Source: Phoronis australis
Taxonomy: Eukaryota; Animalia; Phoronida
DNA: 64,000 nucleotides
NCBI GenBank assembly: GCA_002633005.1
Contig: NMRA01000168.1
Coordinates: forward strand, 623,129-687,128
Direction of reading: 5' to 3'
Shown: one piece after another, positions 53,901 to 64,000 of the stretch
How the letters are laid out: each line of letters begins with the position of its first letter
Numbering within the stretch: position 1 is the first letter of the stretch
The notes under the pieces: model-generated
What the model saw: the letters and a program-made list of their open reading frames with translations, nothing else
What the model was told of the DNA's origin: nothing
Database searches by the model: none
Position numbers and translations under genes: made by a program

Positions 53901-54781
53901 TGTCAAGGTTGTGTTTCTATGGTTATACCTTTCTTTTTTATAATGTTTAATGCATACGTAATCACGTAACTTTAGAAGCTGAATATTGATTTCTACAGGG
54001 CTTGTATTTTCAGAAAATAATTGTTTAAATGAGTTGAAACCTATAACATTATAGTTATCTTGGCTAAACTGTAGCAAGTAAATGTAAAACACGCGGATAT
54101 GTACAGGTGACTTCCCATTCCGTCAGTAGTTTATATTCGTGAAGTCACGTATACTGTCGATCTCCTGTAACACAATGTTTCTCAACGTTTATCAGCTAAA
54201 TGATGTGCCTCTCGTAGAGTGTCCGTCTTAATTATTGTCATTAGAATCTTCCGAAAACGAAATGTTTGGCCACGTTTTGCATTTACGCATTCACACCTTC
54301 TTCGTTTCTCGAGAAAAGAAATACATGATGGGAAAAAAAACAACTACGAGTGCTCTGCTACTGGAAAATCAATTGAAAAGGTTTCGACACTGCGTCGCAC
54401 ACCTTAGAGAGTGAAACTGAAACAAGAAAGCCATCTGTCCCGTGTTTTCAAGCTAAACCCTCTCGCTGTTGTTTGAACCTGCGGGATATCTAAACAACAA
54501 ATATACGAATTTGACATGCTTCAAATTGATTTCATAAAACTCGCAAATAGGTAATACATGTTTATACATTTTAAAATTACCCGCTTTATTTTTAGGAGAA
54601 CCCCCGTTTGATAAGAATGGAATGTATCCGTTCATTTCAAACTTTTTGGGCGACGAAATCCCATACCAGTACTGCTGCGAGTTTACAATGCAAGAACATG
54701 GTTATGGAGCCCGGTGTAAAGATTATCTGAAATTGAGGCCAACTAGAACAAACTGCGAGCTTTACCAACCCCCTCCACCAG
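50987..54781 (+). CDS. AMOP-domain protein (SUSD2/mesh/isthmin-like); exons about 50987-51221, 52006-52123, 53004-53119, 54596-54781; start and end unresolved
   Basis: Spliced peptide CDAW..E..CPCT..A.LDIGRYHPDPLCN..CYYHHGAAHCV.S..GGEHCCYDAKGYLL..PFISNFLGDEIPYQYCC..C.DY..RP..C..YQPP; junction phases 1, 2, 1 are consistent; a hydrophobic segment precedes the domain. Confidence 0.82.
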
Positions 54782-56599
54782 GTTTGTGAACAAAAAAATC
54801 TCACCTTTGGTTTGGGGACAGTAGAACTTGCGAGGTGGCATATAGCGAATACATTTACTATGTTCATGTCCCTGACATGTAGGTTTTAAGAGTGACTCCA
54901 TATAAAAACCAACAGGTAGAGTCTATACCCAAAATCACCGATTATTTTGAAACTTAGCACATGAGTTTGGTTTGTTGAGAGTAGAAAAAACTCTTTTTTA
55001 AGAATTTTCATCAATATTTTTCTTTTTATGACTTGTACCTCCATTTTGCAACAAAATTGGGCGTCGACGTAGGCATGTTTGAATACTAGCATGTATGATA
55101 CGGTCAAAACAAATTAATAATGCGAATTGAAATGGCAATGGGTGAATAATTTAATGGCATAACTTTCAAAATCCATTTTTAAATTTGTACGTTTTGAATT
55201 AATGAGGCTAAAACGGCTATTTTTCAGGTTTTCACTGAAGCCATTTTCGGCCACATTTGGCACTCTGTAGCAGCCATAACACACCTTTCCTGAAATTGAC
55301 TTTATAATAATTTGTTCAGTCATTCTTGAACTGTTCATAATCTAACAAAAAAAATCTTGCCTCTAATGTAGTTTTTGCGTACGAAACATTAAACGAACTG
55401 CACTTCGTCCTTTTGCATGTTCTCAGTTGCCTCTGCTGCCAATAGGGGGCTCTTGGAACATATAATTAGCTTGCAAAACACGACATACAAACTTTGTATT
55501 TTGGAGAAAAGGCAGACAGTATTATTAATTACCATTCTATGAAAACGGCATTGATGATTATTACTTATTACAAAAATGAGTTTGTAAATCATTTGGCATG
55601 CGTGCTTCTAAATGATAGTTGGCGCTGTTTTTGTTTACGTGGAGACTGAAGACGCATCTAGAATAAGAGCAGTAACACGTCTACCTTGCTATAATTCAAG
55701 ACTTCGCGAGATATTGCCCTGTATTTTAAATGAGAACACGTGGTTTTGGATAAAGTTTAGAGAGGTTCTAGTGTTACTGAACTCACCCCTGCCTTGTTTT
55801 ATATCTGCCTTGTTCGTGCCACTGGCAAAGGAAGGTACCCAAGGTGGATATGGCCCCCTAGTGTTCAGTGTAAAAAATCCTTAAAATCCTTTAACTTGTC
55901 AATAGTCATTGTACTTTTGGGTACATTTTGTAATGTCCCTGCCGGTTGCTACACATTTTAGTCGCCACCAGTCGCCAGAAATCTGGTGTTCCCCCCACAC
56001 ACACCGGTCACCCTAACGCTGAATATTTCTGCCAGTGTGATCATCAGTGGTATAAAAAGGTACACGTTCACAGTCAATAGAAAATAATTCACGAAAGACA
56101 ATTTTATTAATGAGTACTTCATGACAGACATGAAGTAAAGAGAAGTAACGGTCTCGACTTCATATATCACACATCTTTGACTGGTATGCTACAAAACGAG
56201 GCTAAACGTTGAGCTCATTTACCACTTCATTCAGTAAATCTGACAACATAACAGCATCTTCTGCAGAAATAGCATCGTCATAAACATGGCTGCAGACAAC
56301 CTCGAAAAAATCCGCCAATCTGCGATTCACTTAAATGCGAAGGCAACCTTTTTACATGTCATTTTGAGCTAAAATAATGTTGGTTGGTTATCCTAGACAT
56401 ATTTTCCACTTAATTACAGCTTTTCGTAATTTTCTTAAATACTCGTCCGCTACTCCGGAAGTGACGTTTTAGGAGGCAAGCATTTCGCGCCAATTTCTTT
56501 TCGTATAGTGTGACTGTGAGAGCTGACGAGTCAGTCATTGTTCTACCACGGTTGTGTTAAGTTCCGTCGTCGTTTGCTTTCATTTAATAGTCAGTCAAC

Positions 56600-57400
56600 A
56601 TGCCACACTGTTGCTGCGTACCAGGATGTACTAATTGTCGGTTCACGCGCGCTTTGGGAGTACCTTTGCATCGCTTTCCGATGGATGACACGCTTCGCCG
56701 TACTTGGCTCGTTCGTGTGAAGAACCCAGCGTTACCCGTCCACGCAACGTACAAAGCAGTGGAGAATTACCGTGTGTGTGGCAAGGCTTTTCTGCCGTCC
56801 GATTACGAAAGGGATTTGTACGCTGAACTGATGAAGGTCCCTGCGAAACAACGTCTGGAGAAGGATGCCATTCCGTCTGTGATGATTTCCGGCAGTGCCC
56901 CTCGCCACCCCGAGAAGTGCGTTTTTTAAGCGAGAAACCTCGCGGGCTGTGGCCATTACAGTGACTGGAGCCAGTGGAGGCACTTCATCTACTGTCACCC
57001 GTGCCTCCAAACGTACCCCAGAGCGTGCAATTCCTGGAACCAGTAGTGATTCGCCCTGTGCTGTTTTCTCCAGCCCAGAGCCTCTAAGCAGCCCTGCAGC
57101 GATATTCAGTTTTGGGATTGATTACAGGCTCAGTTCGACACCCAGTGAAGAGGACAGTTCGTCGTTCAGTGAACAGATCGGTGAGCCAGACTTTGATAAG
57201 TTTATTGTGGACTTGTCTAAAGTGTTGGAGCTATTTAGAAAGTGCCAGGTGTGTGGCGAGGGAGTCAAACGACACGATGTAAGCAGTTTGGGTGCTCAGG
57301 TCACCATCAAGTGGGAGTGTGTCGCGGGACACTCTGGCAAGTGGGACAGTTGTTCTTCTGTCCGTGGTATGCCGGAGGTCCACTTAACCATATCCAGTAG
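56600..57400 (+). pseudogene. THAP-domain Kolobok transposase 5' part, frameshifted and truncated
   Basis: MPHCCCVPGC..LHRFP..W..RVCGKAF..DAIPS; frameshift near 56900; RSAFFKRE; FIV..LELFRKCQVC..G..V.IKWEC..GH..W.S Zn-ribbon; ends before the DDE core. Confidence 0.85.
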
Positions 57401-57690
57401 TGGCTTGGCCTCGTCGACCTCTGAACAGCAAAGCATTCCATTGAGGTATGCATAACAACGCACACAGCTCACTTGCACCAAGATGTGTCACCACGTCTGA
57501 CCTTAGTAGCCGCCTCGTTTCTCTCAACAGCTGCCTGTGCCTGTGCGTACTCTGCCTCGTTATACTCGGGCTCAAATATGTACCCACCCACTGAATGTCC
57601 GTGAAAAAATTCCTCGTCACCACTGCTGTGAACAAGGTCTCCGTCACCCACTCTACTGTCACTGTGATACGGGTCACCGACTCCAGCCAT
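57392..57690 (-). pseudogene. KolX-like gene 5' part (P2X7 ballast-like), truncated
   Basis: MAGVGDPY..GYIFEPEY..RRGDTSWCK(stop)AVCVVMHTSMEC[fs]CCSEV; the stop replaces an expected Cys. Confidence 0.8.
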
Positions 57691-58383
57691 TTTCAGCTTA
57701 CAACACACTAAACAATCCCTAAATCCAACGTAGTTGAGTTCTCTACTAACCTATCTTGCCGCAGAATACTCGCCGAAGAAAAGTGGTGGCGACAATTATT
57801 GAAAAACAGCACAAAACAAAAGTAGAATAGAACAGATTCGCACGGTAAAGTCAACGCAAAACCAAATGGCGGGAAACGCTTGCCTCCTAAAACGTCACTT
57901 CCTGAGTAGCGGACGAGTAATTTATAAAATTACGACAAGCTGTAATTAAGTGGAAAACATGTCTAGGATAACCAACCAACCTTATTTTAGCTCAAAGTGA
58001 CATGGATAAAGGTTGCTTTCCCCTTTAACATCACATGTAAACACTTACACAGTGGGTTCTCGTATTGTTTTCTGCATTATGGCACTTCCGAGGGTGAAAG
58101 TTGTTACCTGACATCTCCTTCATTCGTCAGAGAGTTCCTAAGCTTTGATGAAATTCATTTGACCTTTTACCTTTTTTCAATGCCTACCCTATTGCTTCAG
58201 CATTCGTCTCATCCACATTGTACTCTGAGACTGCCTCAAATGACGCTCCGGTTCTTGCATCTGAAAGCATTTCTGACGTCTGTCGTACAATGTGATCATA
58301 CGTGTTCACTGTGGTTACCCACATCCAAATGCCTACTAAGTTCTGCGTCTGTAGTCAAAAATTTCGAGTAACCTTGCTGGGTA

Positions 58384-59373
58384 CATAGGCGGATTAAGGG
58401 AGGGGGGCAGGGGGCCCGGGCCCCCATCCCCTTGGCTGCCGCAAAAAATGAAACAGTAAGATCGTAGGGAAATGTTGAGTTTATTAATTAACCCCGGTAA
58501 TTGAAATTATACAGATGAAAAATGATTTAAATGTGTGCAGTTTTAGTGTTGGGGGAGGGGAGGGGGGCTCAAATCCAATTTCAAGTGTCAAATTGCGGAA
58601 CACAGCGCATTCGTAACGGAACTACACTGTATGACTAAGTATAGGCTCTTCCGCGATATCCCAGGCGACCGGCAGTGGCGCTGCTCACTACGACTCCGTT
58701 TCCGTCGTCTGCTCCACTGTGCAATGACGAAAATTTACTTCATTTTTCAAAGAAAATGGTACCTGAGTGACGATGAAAAAACAGAAGCTGCTGGTAAGAT
58801 GTGAATTTTAATCGAAGCCTTAGTGAATCGCTCAAAAACTCGCAGTACTCTCTTTGTCAAACCTTATCTTAAGACGATTTCCAAACCAATCTCGTCATTA
58901 TTGCCAACACGAAAAACGTATTTGGTCTTTTGGGCATTTGAAGACTATTTTAAATACGACAAATTTGTTAAGAATTGATGGCGCAAAACATAAAACCTGT
59001 AATAAGCATTACAAAAAGAAGTAGGTTTCGCGCGCAAACGCTGTGGACCATAAATAATTATGTCCCTTTGAAAACAGTTAGTACTTACACTGTAAGTTGT
59101 GGTGGTGTAGTGGTAACGTACGCGGGATCTAACTGCCAGGCCGTGAGTTCGAGTCTTAGGTTCTTGCGGTTTTTTCTGTTTGACACGTTCTCCGTTTTCT
59201 TTTCCCTTTTGTCATCAGGATTCAAGGAAAATGCTTGATTTTTAGAGGTAAAAACAGAAAAAATTTCTCGGTGCTATGCGCATCTACGTGTACAATCGTG
59301 GTTCATTTTGCTCAAATGCTTACAACCCGACAAAAATTTGGGCCCCCCTTGTGATATCCTAGATCCGCCACTG
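58384..59373 (+). mobile_element. MITE with CATAGGCGGA..TCCGCCACTG termini and 5-bp TSD (long copy)
   Basis: TSD GGGTA at 58379-58383 and 59374-59378; shares taaccccggtaatt and gatatcctag blocks with 18862-19137. Confidence 0.75.
59101..59176 (+). other. tRNA-like Pol III cassette (degenerate) inside the MITE
   Basis: A box TGGTGTAGTGG 59103-59113, B-box-like GAGTTCGAGTCT, followed by a T7 run. Confidence 0.45.
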
Positions 59374-60019
59374 GGGTACAAGGCAATTTTTGTTGAGGCC
59401 AGATCATACGCTACATGTATAAATAATCACCAGACGCTTTGCTTCTCAAAAGTGCACCTTGATGTATTTTCTATCATTTTTTACCATTGCAATCGCTTTA
59501 CCAAGGATTCACGCACATATGCCGCGTAGAGACAAATACCTCTTCACCACGTATTCACATCTTCCCGTTCACAATTGTTTTATTTTACATAATTTGTCAA
59601 TATGTTATTGACAGAAAATATTTATTTTTGGAACAACGTGAACGACCAACTGATAGGGGCCTACGTGTACATGTAACTAGCCCAGACTTTAACGTCACCG
59701 ATACATGAAAACAGAATGCGAAAAGCTACAATTGATTGGCTGTAGCCTCAACAGTGGTCATTCCGTGCTTGATGTCACCGTCTTAGTTCGTGGAAATCGT
59801 AACCATAGTATGATTTCGAAGTTAGAGCCATCGAATTCCGTGGGTTTAGGGCATAATGGACCGTGAATTTCGCGCCTGTACTGCAAGGGTCAATACTATG
59901 AAAATAAAATCCCCGGAGTGAGAACTCTTCGCTAATTTGTAGCCGACCGGCGGACAAAATTTCGTGATGTGTGCTGTACAATGCCAACCTTAAGTCTAGG
60001 TGTTAAAAATTCGCCATAT

Positions 60020-60472
60020 CTAGAGATATTGGTGTATTTTAGAGAAATAGGTTTCCCATTTTCTCACTATTTGTAAGAACTTACCGTCACCTACAAGGAA
60101 TGATTTCCACACGCGAATTCCTTGTGTGGAATAGTGGGAATTTGGGAATGTCCTTATACCAGGAACTGAGTATTTTGGAAAAGACTTTGTTGCATTGACT
60201 GAACATGCATACACATAACATCCCTTTACACGGCTACTGGAAAGTAGTGCTTCTTTCAAATCCAGAAAGTTTCTGATAATATTACTTTCGGCTACAAAGT
60301 ACTTTGCATGTTGTTTAATTGGAGCGACCTTGCGATCACAGAGATCCTTTCCATTCTGACTTTCACTAAAGTCATATCTCGAAACAGAAATGTCGGTAGA
60401 ATTTGACATGGCTGCTACGTTCAGGAGGAGAGGAGCAGAGTGGTAACATCCAGCATTACCTGACTCTTCCAT
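60020..60472 (-). pseudogene. DDE transposase fragment, Sola3-like
   Basis: SGNAGCYH...RYDFSESQNGKDLCDRK..IK motif; the expected SDNA has D replaced by G; family assignment is from motif recall. Confidence 0.6.
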
Positions 60473-61599
60473 GACTGGTCCTGTTCAGTCAGAAATTCAC
60501 CGACTCTGGGTAGTACGAGTACGTACTCTGGCACAGACCTTGATTTGTGACGTAGTTTCTTGTATCTCAAATGTTCAGTGGTGTCTTTGACATAACTCAC
60601 TAAAGCACAAAGCTTTTGTGATTTTTTGCAGAATAAACTCTAAAGGAACATGAAGGCCCATCGACATCGTCTGCCATTTTGTCTTTTTAAAATGCACTTG
60701 CTTCTCTCAAAACCAGTAATTACAAATATCAATTCTTACTCGTTTAATCTTAAAGGCATTTGTTTCTTTTCAAAAGTTCTACAGAGTGTTTAAATTAACA
60801 TGATTATGTAAAAGAAATGAAAGAATACAAGAGGGTTACACGTACATTTTTTATAAATCCTCAAGCTTAACCTCAACTGACTCCCTCAGTGGGCAAAGGT
60901 CATCAGGTTCAGTTTTGATACTAGCCGCTTAATAAACCCGGAAAACATCTTGTTTTCATGTGAAATAGTTTAGACTTGGTTTCTATAACTATTTAAAGCA
61001 GACTTCTTGCCTAAAAGTTTGTTCAAATGGTCTGTAAACTCTGCTCGTCATTTCCAAACAATGAAAATAGACAGTTTGCAAGACATTTTTCACTTAAGTG
61101 CAAAGTTGAAGCAAGATTTTTTATTGCTCAGTCATCAAGACTAACTCTTTAATTGTATGTTCAAACCGTCACATAAGGCTACAAGGTGTTTAATGGCAGT
61201 AAGAAGGTCAAAGAAATGGCCACAAAAATTAGCCCCAAAAAGTGGTCTGTGGATTATCTCCCCTGTCAAGCACAAAACTGTTTTAATAAATGGCACAAAA
61301 TTATGCACAGTAAACGTGGGTTATTTCAGCCACCAAAATATAGCTTTTGATCTATTTTGTATGTTACTCATTTTTGTTACTGAAAACATGCGATTTTGAG
61401 ACGGCTAATATGCCCAATTGTGCCAATTTGTGTTATCATGCTCCAGCGGAGAACTTAGGGGTCATTGAGTGCACAAAATTTGGCATTTGGGTTTTTGTTA
61501 GGATACCTATACATGTACATGTACAAAAATGAAGTTGTTTTGAATTTTGACGTACATGTACAGACTGTTTTTTGAAAATCTACTGGTTTTTATATGGAC

Positions 61600-63230
61600 T
61601 GCCTCTTATTGTTCAAGTCAAGTTCGTGTAATAAGTCTTCAAATCTGGATGTGCATACCTTCGATAACAAAAAAATCTACATTGATCATTTTTATCGAGT
61701 AGAAATCATGACTCATTCCATGGTACAAAACCGGTGAGAGCATTCGTGGATGACACAATGATTGTTCTCAAGAATTCAAATTCAGCACAATACGTTCTGA
61801 ATTTAGAAAAATAGCTTTTTGAAAGGTCGGTTCTGGAGATGTGATTGTAACTTTAAATAAAGTTTACAACAGGAGGGAGTCACTGGACTTGGGAAATTTC
61901 GTTTGAGCAAGATACACTCAAAAAACTTCATGGATATTTTAACCTGTGCGTGGCCCAGTATGTGTTAGTATCAAAAATAACATGGTCTTTAATTACATTT
62001 AGTGTACCAACAACATGTTGAACAGATGCAATTGGCTATCAATAGACATATCAAGAAATGGCTCGGTTCACCAACTGATCTGTGTGCTCTTTGGATTGCA
62101 TGACAGACCTACAAAGATAATCTTGCCATTTGTGTCTAAGAACACGATCACGTTTCAAAGTGACGTCAACTGCTGAACTTTAAGATTTCCTCTGACTGTA
62201 CGTTCTGTGCGAAGTATATCTTTCTGTATTAGGGCTGACTGTGGAAAGCTCAAAAAGCAACTGAATGAGCTATTACTTCTGATAAAACGATAGGAATTGT
62301 GGGATTACACCAGTCATATTACCAAGGTATCGCCTACAGTCGAATGGAATATCCTTTTTGATCAAAAGGTAATTTACTCTGCTCTCAGGACAGGAGTATG
62401 CTATACAACAATCTCTGCAGGGTCAATGGATAACATGGGTATCTCCGATGGATCTTAAGTTGAATCGGTCAGATTTATTGTCAATGTCTGGTCAATGTCT
62501 CAGTTATGCCATTCGTTCAACTGATGACCAACAACATGTGCCAACTCAAACCAACTGGTAAAATGGGGGGTCTTGTTGACCCTGGACTCTGCGTGCTGTG
62601 TGGAGATCAAGCTGCGACATAGCCTCATGTGCTGTGGAGTTGCTCTCTGTCACTGTCAAGCGGCAGATGTACGTGGCGTCACAAGAGAGTCTGTCTATTG
62701 CTTGGAAATTGCAATCAGTAAAACATCCAAGTAGGATTATATCTCATGTAATTTGTCGTACACAGTGAGGACTCCAAGTTAGCACGCTTACATAGTAAGT
62801 ACAGTATTGTGTTTGGAGGAGCGAGGAACTGGAAGCCAGCTGCAAATTCAAAGAATGGAGGCTCCTACCCTAGTCATCACTGAAACTGTTCAACACCCAT
62901 TATCTGCTCAGATTCGACCAAGACAATGGTTATAGTCAAACTGTCCGATGTGAACCTAGTATTGAGGATTGTCATTACTTAAAGGTTGCCAAGTATGAGG
63001 AACGAAAAAAAATTTGCGAAGCATAAGGCTACACCGTCAATTCATTCGCCGTCAAACTTGAAACTAGAGGTTTCCCTGGCTGATCTTTATGGACTGTCAT
63101 CAAAAAGACATGATTTTCACCCCGAGACAAGAATCGATTTTTCAGACAGATATGTATATGTTCTGTGGCTGAGGTAACGTCAAAGCGGATTTAGTGGTGG
63201 AGAAATGAGAAGTCCTGGCTAGTGGCCAAT
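61600..63230 (+). mobile_element. Decayed R2-superfamily (HERO/NeSL-like, RLE) non-LTR retrotransposon, 3' part
   Basis: Ordered motifs: RAFVDD (61737-61754), QYVLVSKITWSL, RHIKKWLG (62044-62067), QGQWITW (62418-62438), KWG, H.LKVAKYE and ETRGFP (about 62970-63077). Confidence 0.72.
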
Positions 63231-64000
63231 GGTTTCTCAAGTCCCATGCTTGCCAGAGCCAGACATCCATAAAAAACTACATGTATTTGGCCTCCGTCGT
63301 TACTGGTGGCTGTCGGCGGCCCCCACATATCGTGTAAATAGTTCAAAATCCAAAAACTCTGGCTTTATAATCTGTTTGAATGTTTGCCACAGTTCACCTA
63401 ATTTGTTTGAGGCTTGTCCTTTGACGATTTTTCCAAAAATCACGACAATAGTTTTATTTTAATCCCCGTCTTTGGACACTTTAGCAAGTTCGAGTCGAAC
63501 AAGCATTGGTTAGGCGGAGCAAACATTTTCAGTCCTTGTGTTCCTAAAGTCAAAATTCCTCTCCATCGCCTCCAATGCAACTTGCACCACATCGCCATAG
63601 GCATGCTGATTCATTGACCTTTGGTGCTCACCGCCAGGTGAGAGCCATAAAATCGGGTACCGGGTCCTTCCAATATGTGCGAGAACATTTCATTTTTAGA
63701 CCTGCCCAGTTTACAAAGTTACCAGAATAAGATATTCCTGACACGTTGGTTTACTGTCACGTGACAAGAAAACAGTGCGCATTTTGAACTAACTGCAGGC
63801 TGTGAACCTGGAAGACATTTTTAAAAAACATTTTCGGAATTTGTTTGTGTTAACCTAAATTCTAGTTTATTCCAGAGGAATATTTAGAAGTTACAAAATC
63901 TGTGGGATGTTGTGCTCCTCATCGCCTTAAGTTTAAGTTGGTTTCCGCAAGACTTCTCCTAGACGCCTACAGTTTAATGGAGAATAGTAAAATCTCTCCG

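Larger units (their letters stand above)
56335..58024. mobile_element. Kolobok DNA transposon, internally deleted (element B, 1690 bp)
   Basis: About 155-bp TIRs (tactcgtccgctactc..gaagtgacgttttaggaggcaagc); TTAA TSD at 56331-56334 and 58025-58028; convergent THAP and KolX gene starts. Confidence 0.9.

Noticed and set aside
56600-56929. Host THAP transcription-factor gene
   Set aside because: Inside 155-bp TIRs, and continues by frameshift into Kolobok transposase sequence

Overview
Eukaryotic, intron-rich, AT-rich animal DNA; the frequent TACATGTA motif and the repeat content suggest a marine invertebrate (inference). (1) 470-36773, + strand: a giant gene. I reconstructed 19 exons by hand; all junctions are GT-AG and phase-compatible, giving 10011 nt or about 3336 aa, with the 5' end outside the window. 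It encodes Ca-binding EGF/EGF-like modules followed by about 15 or more DxTPP-punctuated FN3/Ig-like beta-sandwich repeats, with no C-terminal membrane anchor. (2) About 50987-54781, + strand: four exons spelling one complete AMOP domain (SUSD2/mesh/isthmin/MUC4 type). (3) Two distinct, internally deleted Kolobok DNA transposons (43324-48468 and 56335-58024), both with TTAA TSDs. Each carries a convergent pair of a THAP-domain transposase and a KolX-type protein resembling the Zn/GDP-binding ballast domain of P2X7. (4) Many smaller mobile relics: a 152-bp TG..CA solo-LTR-like element containing a tRNA-derived Pol III promoter, a MITE family with 5-bp TSDs, Harbinger-like MITEs, foldback elements, tRNA-SINEs, a Sola3-like transposase fragment, and decayed RTE-like and R2-superfamily (RLE) LINEs. 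No CRISPR arrays, rRNA or convincing tRNA genes were seen. All calls come from reading the sequence; no database searches were run.
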